Source: Candidatus Krumholzibacteriia bacterium
GTDB taxonomy: Bacteria > Krumholzibacteriota > Krumholzibacteriia > JAJRXK01
Length of the DNA stretch: 64,000 nt
Assembly (NCBI GenBank): GCA_041484665.1
Contig: JBGPIA010000002.1
Location: 544,001-608,000 of the forward strand
Reading direction: 5' to 3'
Positions 38,901 to 47,227 of the stretch are shown piece after piece. The position numbers and the translations under genes are program-made. The notes beneath the pieces were generated by a model that saw only the letters and a program-made list of their open reading frames with translations, did not search any database and was not told the origin of the DNA. Positions within the stretch are counted from its first letter, which is position 1, and every line of letters begins with the position of its first letter.

Positions 38901-39300
38901 CTGGCCGCCCACGGCCGTGTTCGGGCCAAAGGTGATGCTGGCCAATGAGTACGCGGGCTCCGGGGGCGACTGCTTCCCGTGGTTCTTCCAGAAGCAGAAG
39001 ATCGGCCCGGTGGTCGGCGCGCGCACCTGGGGCGGGCTGGTGGGCATCAGCCGCAACATCCCCATGATGGATGGCGGAGTCGTCACCGCGCCCGAGACCG
39101 CGTTCTGGACGCCCGACGGCGGTGGCCAGTGGATCGTGGAGAACAAGGGGGTCGATCCCGACTATCCGGTGCCCCAGCGGCCCGATCTGGTTGTGAGCGG
39201 TCACGACCCGCAGCTGGAGAAGGCGATCGAGCTGGTCAACCAGGGGCTCGCGCAGACTCCCAAGCGGCCGCAGCGCCCGGCGTACCCCAAGCAGCGGTAG
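35929..39300 (+). CDS. Tricorn protease homolog (S41B), secreted
   Basis: PD40 propeller repeats, PDZ-like domain, 'SHTYV', 'DERYNSGG', catalytic 'AGSGGD', 'RTWGG'; signal peptide. Confidence 0.95.
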   Translation: MTYRAPTLLALLLPAMLAAALPARRMALAAAPSPTSGDTRLMRFPDLSRDRVVFTYAGDLWTIPREGGEARRLTAHPGDELFPKFSPDGRWIAFSGEYDGNVDVYVIPAEGGEPRRLTWHPAADLVLDWKPDGKQILFRSTRISFTERVQRLFEVGIDGGLERPLPLPSGGLASYSPDGGKLAYNPSSAEFRTWKRYRGGFTTAIGIYDLRQNSYEEIPRDNSNDMFPMWSGNAIYFDSDRDGIMNLYRYDLGDRSIRQLTHAREYDVKWPSLGDGAIVYEEGGWLNLLDLASEQSKRLPVHVDSDKVMARPELRSVSSFITAASLSPGGKRVLIGARGDVFTVPVEHGSVRNLTQSPGVHELNPTWSPDGEQIAYLSDRSGEYELYVRPQKGGDETRITLDGGVYRYGPLWSPDSKKLLFWDKTLRLWYVDLDRRTPIEIDREDYQDFDGGAWSPDSRWIAYTKTTAGQTHALYLYSLEKREVTQVSSGFYDDRAPAFAPDGKVLYFISSRYFHPAGDRFDWHFGYFDTDGIFAITLLKDGPSPFGPRSDEEGQKDDEDGGKDGKGGKDTKDAKQDATKDTKIKDAKGGGSDDDQGGKKEAVEPVKVDLAGLGERIVPVPVPPGNYSLLGPCKGKLFYRSTPVQAQQLGLDEPDDSPSTLHVFDLKKREDKVVLASITRYALDKEGSKVLYVAGQKYGVVDAADGQSVGKGAVDVSGLQTWVDPQQEWKQLFHEALRIERDFYWDPAMKGLDWKKIGDRYEQLLPYVAHRGDLNYLIGELIGELSTSHTYVSGGDLPKPKRVNVGLLGVDFEESAGYYRFAKIYSGQSWSPRARAPLGEPGLKVAAGNYLIAVNGQSVRAPANPYSFFQGLADQVVTLKLNDKPSTDGAWEIVVQTLGSETRMRYLDWVEANRRKVAQATGGRAGYMHVPNTFTEGLIMFDQYLSAQFDKDGLVIDERYNSGGAIPDFYTEKLGRRLLALLAPREGKDQPWPPTAVFGPKVMLANEYAGSGGDCFPWFFQKQKIGPVVGARTWGGLVGISRNIPMMDGGVVTAPETAFWTPDGGGQWIVENKGVDPDYPVPQRPDLVVSGHDPQLEKAIELVNQGLAQTPKRPQRPAYPKQR

Positions 39301-39385
39301 CTCGGCCCGGCGCGCCGCCGCGGCGCTACGTTGCGGCGCAGCGCCGCCACGGCCTACAGGGGCGACGCCGGACGGACCTTCGCGC

Positions 39386-42300
39386 TCAGGCGCGCTGCTC
39401 GCGCACCAGACGCCCGGGCGCCGGCGCCGCCAGGATCTGCCGCAGCATCGCCGGCTCCACGGGCTTGGTCAGATGGCTCTCGAAGCCGGCCGCGACGATC
39501 TGCTCGGCAGTCCCCTCGTCGCCGAAGCCGGTGAGCGCCAGCAGGCGCGCGCCGGCGGTGCTCGTCTCGCGGCGCAGCTCGCGCGCCACCGCGTAGCCGT
39601 CCAGGCCGGGCAGGCCGATGTCGCAGATGACGATATCGGGAGAGAAGGCCCGCGCTGCGTCCAGGCCCGAGTGCCCGTCGTAGGCAACGCGCACCGCGTG
39701 ACCGTACAGCTCCAGCAGCTCGCGTAGCCCATCGGCGGAGTCGCGGTGGTCGTCGATCACCAGCACGCGCCGCGGGGGCGCCTGCCCGACCTCCGCCAAC
39801 CGCCCCGCGGGCAGCGCAGCCTCCGCACGCAGGGGGAAGTGCAGCGTCACCGCGCAGCCACGTCCGCGCCCCTCGCTGCGCAGCTGCACGCCACCGCCAT
39901 GGGCCTCCACCAGCCCCTTCACGATGGAGAGTCCCAGCCCCAGGCCCCCGGTGCGGCGCTGCTGCGCCTCGCTGGTCTGCACGAAGGCCTCGAAGACGCG
40001 GGCCAGCTGCTCGGGCTCGATGCCGCATCCGGTATCCGCCACCGTCACGAATGCCTGGAGCGCCGGCTCGTCGGTGAACACGCGCAGGGCGATGCGTCCG
40101 CCGGGATCGGTGAAGTTGATGGAGTTGGACACGAGGTTGTCGAGCACCTGGGCAAACCGCAGCGGATCGATGTCGGCCCACACGGGCGACTTCGGCACCT
40201 CGCACTCCAGCAGCAGGCCCGCCGATTCCACGCGCGGTTGGGCGAGCTCGTACGCCTCCCTCACCAGATGGCAGAGGTCGCAGCGCTCCAGACGCAGGGT
40301 GAGCTTGCCGCTGGCGATGCGGGAAACCTCCAGGAGATCGTCGATGATGCGCGCCAGACGCGCCACCTGGCGTCCGAGGATGGCGCGCATCCGCTCCTGC
40401 GTGGCGCTGTCGCCCGGGCGCAGCGACTGGATCTCGAGGGCGTTGCTGATCGACCCCAAAGGGTTGCGCAGCTCGTGCCCGAGCGTGTGGATGTAGATGT
40501 CCTTCGCCTCGCTGGCGGCGGTCGCCTCCGCGTTGGCCCGGCGCTCGGCCTCGTACAGACGGGCGTTGTCCATGGCGATGGCCGCTTGCGCTGCCAGGGC
40601 GGTGACGATCTCCTCCTCGCGCTGCGTGAAGACCCCCGCGCGTGGGTGCCCCAGCAGCAGCACTCCGGACACCGCGCCTGAACGCGACACGATGGGAGCG
40701 GCCAGGTAGCTCACCATCGGCTCGACGTGGTCGTCGCGGGCGCCAGCGCCGGTGTGGGCGCCACCGTCCCTGCGCTCGGGAGCGCCACCGTCGCCCCCGG
40801 GAGCGGCACCGCGGTAGCGCGGATCCTCGCGCAGGTCGGCGCGCCGCACGATTTCCTGCCCCACCAGCGTCGCGCGCAGCAGTGACGTCCCCATCACCTG
40901 GGCCAGCAGGCCCTTTGCGGCGCCGTCGCCCGGCGGCGAGAGGGTGTGCTCCGGAACCGCCCCGACGCTCCCCGGAGGCGAGCTGCACGCGAACGCCACG
41001 CAACCGGCACCGGTGAGGTCGCGCGCGGCGTCGGTCACCGCTTGCAGCAGTTTGTGGACATCGAGCTCGGCGGACATCTGGCGGCTGATGGTCTGGGTGC
41101 GGCGCAGCGCATCTTCGCTGCGGCGGCGCTCGGCGACCTCGCCGCGCAGCGTGCTCATGGACTCCTCGAGCTCGGTGGTGCGCTCGCGCACGGCGATCTC
41201 GAAATACTGGGCGCGCAGCGTGGCCATTTCGCCAATGCGCACGGCGAGCGTCAGCAGGAACGCAAGCAGCAGGCTGGCCCCCAGCGCCACGTCAGGCAGG
41301 GGCGTGTTGAGCGCCGCAGCCAGCTCCGGCCGCGGCGTTACGGCGATCGACCAGGGGATCGTCCCAGGCAGGTCGACGCGCGCGCGCTCCTGCCACGGGC
41401 TGGCATCCCGGCCGTCCGGCTCGTCGCTGCGGAAGACTTCGTTCCCCTGGCAGAGGACGACCAGCGCGTAGCCCGGCGCCACGTTCTCCGCGATGGGCGC
41501 GAATGCGCCCTGGGTGGAGAAGACACCGGACATATATGCGTTGATGCGTCCGCTCGAGACCACCGGCACCAGCACGCGGAACGCGAGCCCGCCGTCCTCG
41601 AACGGAAAGGGGCCGGCGATGATGGGCTCGAAGGTGCGGCGTGCCTCGCGCAGCGCCTGCAGGCGCAGGCTGTCGGACTCGGCGGTCGCCGCCAGCGCGC
41701 GCGGTGTGTCCTGCATCGCGGCCAGCACTCTCGACACGTAGGCCGGGTCGATCCACTCGATCGTCTCGAAGCCGCGGATCGGACCGAAGCTGAGCCGGGC
41801 GTCGGTCTGCCAATCCTCGCGCGAGTGCCAGCCTACCTTGTCGCCGTGGCGGCCCAGGCTCGTCAGGGCGTCGGCAATGAACTGCATGCGATCCTTGAGC
41901 TCACCGCCCACGCCCTGCGCCGTGGCGTGCACCAGCCCCCGCGCGTGGGCCACTTCCCGCGCCTGCAGCCCCTGCCAAACGAGGACGCCGGCCACCGCAG
42001 CGATCGCCCCCACCATGGCGGACTTCCACCACCCGCTGTGCCGCCCGGCGCGCCAGTCCGTCAGCAGGGAGAAGGCCACCATCCCGCCGCCCTGCACCAG
42101 GAAGCCGAACCCCACCAGCAGCGGGAGGCGCGTCTGCGCATCCCAGCCAAACGCGCGGGGCAGCCCCACGGCGTAGCCGAAGCACGTAACGGCCCCCACC
42201 ACCAGGATGGTCGAGCCCAGCAGCGCTCCCATGAAGCCGCGCTGGCGCACGGTGAAGAACGCGAGCCCCGACAGGGCGAACGTGACCGCCATCGTGACCG

Positions 42301-42727
42301 CAAGCCCCTCGGGCGGCGAGATCGACGCCGGCCTCTGCCCGAAGAGGATCGCGTCGACCCCCAGGCCGATTCCCATCAGGCACTGGCCCAGCAGCAGCAG
42401 CGAGTAGAGAGAGAGCAGCCCGGCCAGGATGGCGGTCAGAAGCCGCACGCCGCGGTGCAGCGCCAGCAGACATCCGCCGGCGAGCACGAATCCCACCGCC
42501 GTCTTGGCCGGCAGCAGCGCCAGCTCGGGCGGCAGCCGCAGCCATGCCAGAGCATCGAGCTCCCAGCCGGTCAGCAGAGCGATCCCGAGCAATCCGGACG
42601 TCGCCCCGGCGACGGCGGGGAGGGCGGCAATGGCGCCCGGTTGGGAGGTGCGGCGTGCGATGGCGGACATCATGGGGGGAGGACCGCGGGTGTCCTCCAG
42701 ACGTTGCGGAACCTCGGTGCGAGGCAC
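39386..42727 (-). CDS. Hybrid sensor histidine kinase (multi-TM, CHASE-like, GAF, HisKA, HATPase, REC)
   Basis: 'GHELRNPL', 'NLVSNSINFT', 'DTGCGI', 'GLGLGL', GAF 'AQAAIAMDNARLY', REC 'CDIGLPGLDG'. Start may be 42673. Confidence 0.92.
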   Translation of the reverse strand: MPRTEVPQRLEDTRGPPPMMSAIARRTSQPGAIAALPAVAGATSGLLGIALLTGWELDALAWLRLPPELALLPAKTAVGFVLAGGCLLALHRGVRLLTAILAGLLSLYSLLLLGQCLMGIGLGVDAILFGQRPASISPPEGLAVTMAVTFALSGLAFFTVRQRGFMGALLGSTILVVGAVTCFGYAVGLPRAFGWDAQTRLPLLVGFGFLVQGGGMVAFSLLTDWRAGRHSGWWKSAMVGAIAAVAGVLVWQGLQAREVAHARGLVHATAQGVGGELKDRMQFIADALTSLGRHGDKVGWHSREDWQTDARLSFGPIRGFETIEWIDPAYVSRVLAAMQDTPRALAATAESDSLRLQALREARRTFEPIIAGPFPFEDGGLAFRVLVPVVSSGRINAYMSGVFSTQGAFAPIAENVAPGYALVVLCQGNEVFRSDEPDGRDASPWQERARVDLPGTIPWSIAVTPRPELAAALNTPLPDVALGASLLLAFLLTLAVRIGEMATLRAQYFEIAVRERTTELEESMSTLRGEVAERRRSEDALRRTQTISRQMSAELDVHKLLQAVTDAARDLTGAGCVAFACSSPPGSVGAVPEHTLSPPGDGAAKGLLAQVMGTSLLRATLVGQEIVRRADLREDPRYRGAAPGGDGGAPERRDGGAHTGAGARDDHVEPMVSYLAAPIVSRSGAVSGVLLLGHPRAGVFTQREEEIVTALAAQAAIAMDNARLYEAERRANAEATAASEAKDIYIHTLGHELRNPLGSISNALEIQSLRPGDSATQERMRAILGRQVARLARIIDDLLEVSRIASGKLTLRLERCDLCHLVREAYELAQPRVESAGLLLECEVPKSPVWADIDPLRFAQVLDNLVSNSINFTDPGGRIALRVFTDEPALQAFVTVADTGCGIEPEQLARVFEAFVQTSEAQQRRTGGLGLGLSIVKGLVEAHGGGVQLRSEGRGRGCAVTLHFPLRAEAALPAGRLAEVGQAPPRRVLVIDDHRDSADGLRELLELYGHAVRVAYDGHSGLDAARAFSPDIVICDIGLPGLDGYAVARELRRETSTAGARLLALTGFGDEGTAEQIVAAGFESHLTKPVEPAMLRQILAAPAPGRLVREQRA

Positions 42728-42800
42728 AGCGCGGCGGCGGCGTCAGGAGCGAGACCGCTGCGCGGACTCGATCCCTGGCGGGGCGTCCAGGCGCGGCGCC

Positions 42801-42830
42801 ATCGTACGGGCACGCGGGAGCCACGGTCAA
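42801..42830 (-). promoter_or_regulatory. Possible sigma70-type promoter of the hybrid kinase
   Basis: Minus strand TTGACC-N18-TACGAT. Confidence 0.4.
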
Positions 42831-42950
42831 CGGGGGCGGCGGGCCGGGAGCAGCCCGCCCGGCGCGCTTTGGCCGGGAGACGCCACCCGGGCCCGCACGT
42901 ACTTTGCTCCGGGAGTGTCCGATCGCGTACGATACCGGCGGGGGTACAGC

Positions 42951-43535
42951 GTGCGCATCGAGGACTGGAGCGTTTGCCTTCGGGCGGCCTGCAGCGTGAC
43001 CGGAGCTGCCATCGTGCTGATCCGGCCGGACGGGAGCCTGGCGTTCGCCAGCGCCGCGGCGCAGGCGCTGCTCGAAGCGGGCGGAGAGCACGGCCCCGCG
43101 CGGCTCCCGACCGAGCTGCGCGCCGCCTTGGCGCCGCCCGCGGCCGACGGAGGGTCGCGCCTGGCGCCGGTCGTGTCCGTCGCCGTGGTGATGGCGGAGG
43201 AGGGCGACTGCCAGCTCGTGCGGCTTGGGCCTGCACCCGCGCAGCCGGGCGGGCGCATCCCGCAGGGGGGACCCGGCGAGCAGGCCGGTCGAGCTGTAGA
43301 CGAACGCGAGCGGGCCCTGGTGCACGACCTGGGGGGGGCGTTGAATGCCATGGTGCTGCAGATCGATCTGCTACGGCACGGCCTGGAAGAAGCCGCGGCC
43401 CCAGGCGGCCACGCGCAGCGCTCGCCCACGCAGCTCGAGCGGCTGGACGCGCTGCAGCGGGAGCTCCAGCGCGCGTGCGGATTCCTGGAGGCGCTGCGGG
43501 CGCTGCCGCAGGCCGCGCGGGCGCGAGAAGGGTGA
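42951..43535 (+). CDS. PAS-like plus DHp (HisKA-like) protein lacking a catalytic ATPase domain
   Basis: 'IVLIRPDGSLAFASAAAQALL' PAS-like start; H-box 'LVHDLGGALNAM' followed by a second helix; stop 4 nt before the activator gene. Confidence 0.62.
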   Translation: MRIEDWSVCLRAACSVTGAAIVLIRPDGSLAFASAAAQALLEAGGEHGPARLPTELRAALAPPAADGGSRLAPVVSVAVVMAEEGDCQLVRLGPAPAQPGGRIPQGGPGEQAGRAVDERERALVHDLGGALNAMVLQIDLLRHGLEEAAAPGGHAQRSPTQLERLDALQRELQRACGFLEALRALPQAARAREG

Positions 43536-43539
43536 CGCG

Positions 43540-44940
43540 ATGGACGGCTCGATGCCGACAGCGCTCTTGGTCGACGACGAGCGCGCCAGCCTCGATGCCC
43601 TCGCCGAATGGGTGCGGCGCGAGGAGTTCACGGTGCGCACCGCCGAGACCCTGGCGCAGGCCAAGGCGGCGTTGGAGCGGGGACATCCCGACCTGCTGCT
43701 GGTCGACCTGCAGCTGCCCGACGGCAGCGGGCTCGAGCTGCTGGCCGAGGTGGGTGACGACGAGACCACCGAGATCGTGGTCGTCACCGGTCACGCGACG
43801 ATCGACTCCGCCGTCGATGCCATGCGCGGCGGCGCGATCGACTACCTGACCAAGCCCCTGGACCTGCGGCGCCTGAAACGCATCCTGGCCAACGTGCGTG
43901 CCACCCTCGAGCTGCGCCAGCAGGTCGGATCGTTGCGGGAGGAGCTGCGCAGCCTTGGCCGGTTTGGGCACATCGTGGGCCTTTCGCCTGCGATGCAGCA
44001 CGTGTACGACCTCATCGAAAAGGTCGCACCGACACAGGCCTCGGTCGTGGTGCTGGGCGAGACGGGCACGGGCAAGGAGCTGGTCGCCCAGACCATCCAC
44101 CAGCTCAGCCGCCGGTCCAAGGAGGCCTTCGTCCCCATCAACTGCGGCGCGGTGCCGCCGCAGCTCATCGAGTCGGAGCTGTTCGGACACGAGCGCGGCA
44201 GCTTTACGGGCGCCGAGCGTACGCACCGCGGCATCTTCGAGCGCGCGCATCGCGGAACGCTGTTCCTCGACGAGGTCACCGAGATGCCGCCTGATCTGCA
44301 GGTGAAGTTGCTGCGGGCCCTGGAGACCGGACGGATCGTCCGAGTCGGCGGCGACGCGCCGTTCCCCACCGACGTACGGGTGATCGCGGCCTCCAACCGC
44401 AACCCCGAGCGAGCGGTGGCCGACGGCAGGCTGCGCTCGGACCTGCTCTATCGCTTGATGGTCTTCCCCATCGAGCTCCCGCCCCTGCACGAGCGGGGCA
44501 ACGACGTGGAGCTGCTGGCGGAGCACTTCCTGGATCGGCTCAACCGCGGCGCGGCGGTGGCGAAGACCCTGAACCCGCGAGCGCTCGCGGCGCTGCGGCA
44601 GCACTCGTGGCCGGGCAACGTCCGCGAGCTGAAGAACGTCGTCGAGCGGGCCTTCATCATGGCCGCGGACGAGATCGACCTCCCGTGCCTGCCGTTCCGT
44701 CAGCCGGTCGCGCTGCGCTCCGAGGGCGACACGCTGCGCATCCCGGTGGGCAGCAGCATCGCCGAGGCGGAGAAGCGTCTGATCCTGGCCACCCTCGATC
44801 AGTGCGCAGGGGACAAGGAGAAGGCTGCCGCGATCCTCGGGGTCAGTCTCAAGACCCTCTACAACCGGCTGCATGGCTATGGAGAGGACGGGGCGTACGT
44901 GCGGCGCGCCGGCCGCGCCACCCGCATGGGAGAGGCCTGA
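43540..44940 (+). CDS. sigma54-dependent NtrC-family response regulator (REC-AAA+-Fis HTH)
   Basis: GETGTGKE, ESELFGHERGSFTGA, LFLDE, WPGNVREL, HTH 'AAAILGVSLKTLYNRL'. Confidence 0.96.
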   Translation: MDGSMPTALLVDDERASLDALAEWVRREEFTVRTAETLAQAKAALERGHPDLLLVDLQLPDGSGLELLAEVGDDETTEIVVVTGHATIDSAVDAMRGGAIDYLTKPLDLRRLKRILANVRATLELRQQVGSLREELRSLGRFGHIVGLSPAMQHVYDLIEKVAPTQASVVVLGETGTGKELVAQTIHQLSRRSKEAFVPINCGAVPPQLIESELFGHERGSFTGAERTHRGIFERAHRGTLFLDEVTEMPPDLQVKLLRALETGRIVRVGGDAPFPTDVRVIAASNRNPERAVADGRLRSDLLYRLMVFPIELPPLHERGNDVELLAEHFLDRLNRGAAVAKTLNPRALAALRQHSWPGNVRELKNVVERAFIMAADEIDLPCLPFRQPVALRSEGDTLRIPVGSSIAEAEKRLILATLDQCAGDKEKAAAILGVSLKTLYNRLHGYGEDGAYVRRAGRATRMGEA

Positions 44941-45218
44941 CGCTGCGCCGCCGGGCCGTGGCCGGCAGCCGCGCCACCGCGGCGGCGCGCATCTCAGCGA
45001 GAGATCGAGGGGAGGCTGCATATCAATGACGAGCCTCCCCCCATCGGCCGCAGGAGGTAGACGCCGTGGGGCGTGCGGACCAACGGTCGCGCACGGCACT
45101 CGCCACGGCTCTCCCGCGGAGCCCGGAATCTGCCAAGCACGGTCAGCGAGCTTCGCACGCAACCCCTCGCTGCCGGAGCGCGCTCGATGGCGCACCCGAT
45201 TCCGGGCGAATCGAATCC

Positions 45219-45326
45219 TCAGGGAATCTGACGCCTGATCCTCGCAGCGGCCTGCGCGCGGACGGGGAGGGCCATCGCAGCAAGTCCGCCCGCAAGCGTC
45301 GCCCCCAGCAACCGAGCAGGCGTCAT
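45219..45326 (-). CDS. 35-aa signal-peptide-like small ORF (small protein or remnant of a secreted-protein gene)
   Basis: RBS AAGGAGG; MTPARLLGATLAGGLAAMALPVRAQAAARIRRQIP*; downstream of a sigma54 motif. Confidence 0.4.
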   Translation of the reverse strand: MTPARLLGATLAGGLAAMALPVRAQAAARIRRQIP

Positions 45327-45459
45327 GCCGAGCAGCCCTCCTTGATCCGTCCGCGGCGCAGCGCGGGGTCGTCCGCCGAGGCGATGCCTCAAGCCGGGCG
45401 AGAGCCGACGCAAATCCAGGGACCGACGCAGGGGCCGGCCGCCATGGCCTTGTTCCACG

Positions 45460-45474
45460 GCAAGCGTGGTGCCA
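45460..45474 (-). promoter_or_regulatory. sigma54 promoter (leftward)
   Basis: Minus strand TGGCACCACGCTTGC, an exact match to TGGCAC-N5-TTGC. Confidence 0.75.
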
Positions 45475-45709
45475 AGTCGGAAGCCCCCCGCGTCGACGCA
45501 TCCCAAACGCAGCCACGGCTTGAAGATCGCGGGTCCCCGCGCGCGCGTGGCCTCGAACATCCGAGGCGGATGTTTGTAGAGTTTACGAACGTGAGTCGGA
45601 CATTCTTACAAGACGGCGCGCCGCAGATCGGCGGAGCACGCTGCCCCACCTCTCCCCCACGCGTACTGCGAGAACGAGATAGCCGGCGCGAGCGCTCGCC
45701 AGCCGCCGG

Positions 45710-45725
45710 CGGCACGTTCCCTGCT
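45710..45725 (+). promoter_or_regulatory. sigma54 promoter of the DUF1328 gene
   Basis: CGGCACGTTCCCTGCT = GG-N10-GC, 40 nt upstream of the GTG. Confidence 0.62.
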
Positions 45726-45764
45726 GTGACAAAAGATCTGCTGTCCCGGAGTGGAGGATTCGAC

Positions 45765-45944
45765 GTGCGTGCCTGGTCCTTGAGTGTCATCACCGTCGCT
45801 GCGATCGCTGCCGTGCTGGGCTTTGGCGGGTTTCCGGCCTTGGTAGCGATTCCGGCACGGGTCCTCTTCTTCAGCGCGGCCGTCGTGTTGTACTTCACGG
45901 CGTTCGCTGCGCTCATCCAGCGCGTCCAGCCGCGCGTGTATTGA
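45765..45944 (+). CDS. DUF1328 (UPF0391/YtjA-like) small membrane protein
   Basis: 'W......VAAIAAVLGFGG.....AIPARVLFF'. GTG follows GGAGGA. Confidence 0.72.
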   Translation: MRAWSLSVITVAAIAAVLGFGGFPALVAIPARVLFFSAAVVLYFTAFAALIQRVQPRVY

Positions 45945-46260
45945 AGGCTCCGGCGGCTCCACCCGATCTCAAGGGGGCCCGCAACGCGCGGGTGCTGCGG
46001 AACCGCGGCTTGGATGGGGATTCCTCCCGCCCTGGGCCTGCGCCAGTGGGTCCAGGGCTGGGAGAGCTGGCGGGCGGTCGTTCCCAGGCGCCGCGCCCGC
46101 GCTGGCGGGCACAGCGCTCGCGGGCGCCGGACCCGCAGAGCGCTTCGTCGGGCCACCCGGGCCCGGCCGGACTCCAGATGAGCTTGACGCGGTTGCCCGC
46201 GATGCCCCGCGTGCACAAACGCACCGGCGGCCAGATGCCGTGCGCGCGCGAGTCGGGCTC

Positions 46261-47025
46261 CTACAACCGCCGAACGAACAGCGAGATGGCCATCGCCACG
46301 CCGATCCCCACCACCACGCGTCGGACCGCCGTGCGGCCGACGCGCCGCGCGAGCGCCGCGCCGGTCAGCCCACCACCGATCGCGGCGACGGCCATCATGA
46401 GCCCTTCGGTCCAGAGCACGGCGCCGCAGACGGCGAAGTAGACGGCGGCGACGCCATTGATCAACAGCGCCAGGAAGTTCTTCAGACCATTCATCTGGTG
46501 GATGTCGGTGAGCCCGAGCAGCCCCAGCGCGGCCAGCATCAGGATCCCGATGCCCGCGCCAAAGTAGCCCCCATACACGCCGACCAGGAACTGGAAGCAG
46601 GCACCCGTGAGCCAGAACGCTGGGCTGCGCTCGTGGCCCGCGAAGCGGGTCACGACGCGCGCTACCGGCTCGTTGGCGGCCACCAACAGCGTGGCGACGA
46701 GGATCAGCCACGGCACGAGCGCGGAGAAGGTCGAAGGGCTGGTGCGCAGCAGCAGCACCGCGCCCGTGATGCCCCCCAGCAGCGAGGGCCCCATGAGCCA
46801 CAGCGCGTATCGACGGCTCCCGGCCACTTCGCGGCGGTAGCCCCACAACGCCGCGAGCGACCCCGGCCACAGCGCGATGGTGTTCGTAGCGTTGGCGAGC
46901 AGCGGGTCGCGGCCGGTCCAGACGAGCGCCGGAAAGGAGATCAGCGTCCCGCCGCCGGCGACGGAGTTGACCATCCCCGCGGCGAAGGCGGCGCCGACGA
47001 TCACGATGCCATGCAAGGGCGTCAT
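46261..47025 (-). CDS. TauE/SafE (TSUP) family transporter
   Basis: 'NSVAGGGTLISFPAL', 'ANATNT', 'YGGYFGAGIGI'. Confidence 0.92.
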   Translation of the reverse strand: MTPLHGIVIVGAAFAAGMVNSVAGGGTLISFPALVWTGRDPLLANATNTIALWPGSLAALWGYRREVAGSRRYALWLMGPSLLGGITGAVLLLRTSPSTFSALVPWLILVATLLVAANEPVARVVTRFAGHERSPAFWLTGACFQFLVGVYGGYFGAGIGILMLAALGLLGLTDIHQMNGLKNFLALLINGVAAVYFAVCGAVLWTEGLMMAVAAIGGGLTGAALARRVGRTAVRRVVVGIGVAMAISLFVRRL

Positions 47026-47227
47026 GGGCCGGCACTCGCGGGCGGCAGCTCCACGCGCCGCACCCTACTTCGGCCGCGTGCTTCTGGTCGGGTTCACGCC
47101 GGACGGTCCACACGCTCGCGGCGACGGCCTGCCAACCGCTCCGCCGCGTGGGGCGAAGCGCTCAGCGCGCGGCGGCAGCACCGCTTTGGCCCCCGCCGTC
47201 CGCGCGCCGCGTTGCGCTGCAAGAAAC

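Noticed and set aside
42893..42908. CCGCACGTACTTTGCT, a near-sigma54 motif upstream of the DHp gene
   Set aside because: The invariant GG is CG.
45066..45764. N-terminal 233 codons of ORF 45066-45944, which has an AGGAGG upstream
   Set aside because: The translation is not protein-like and runs across two promoters and the UAS. Only the DUF1328-like end from 45765, with its own RBS, is accepted.
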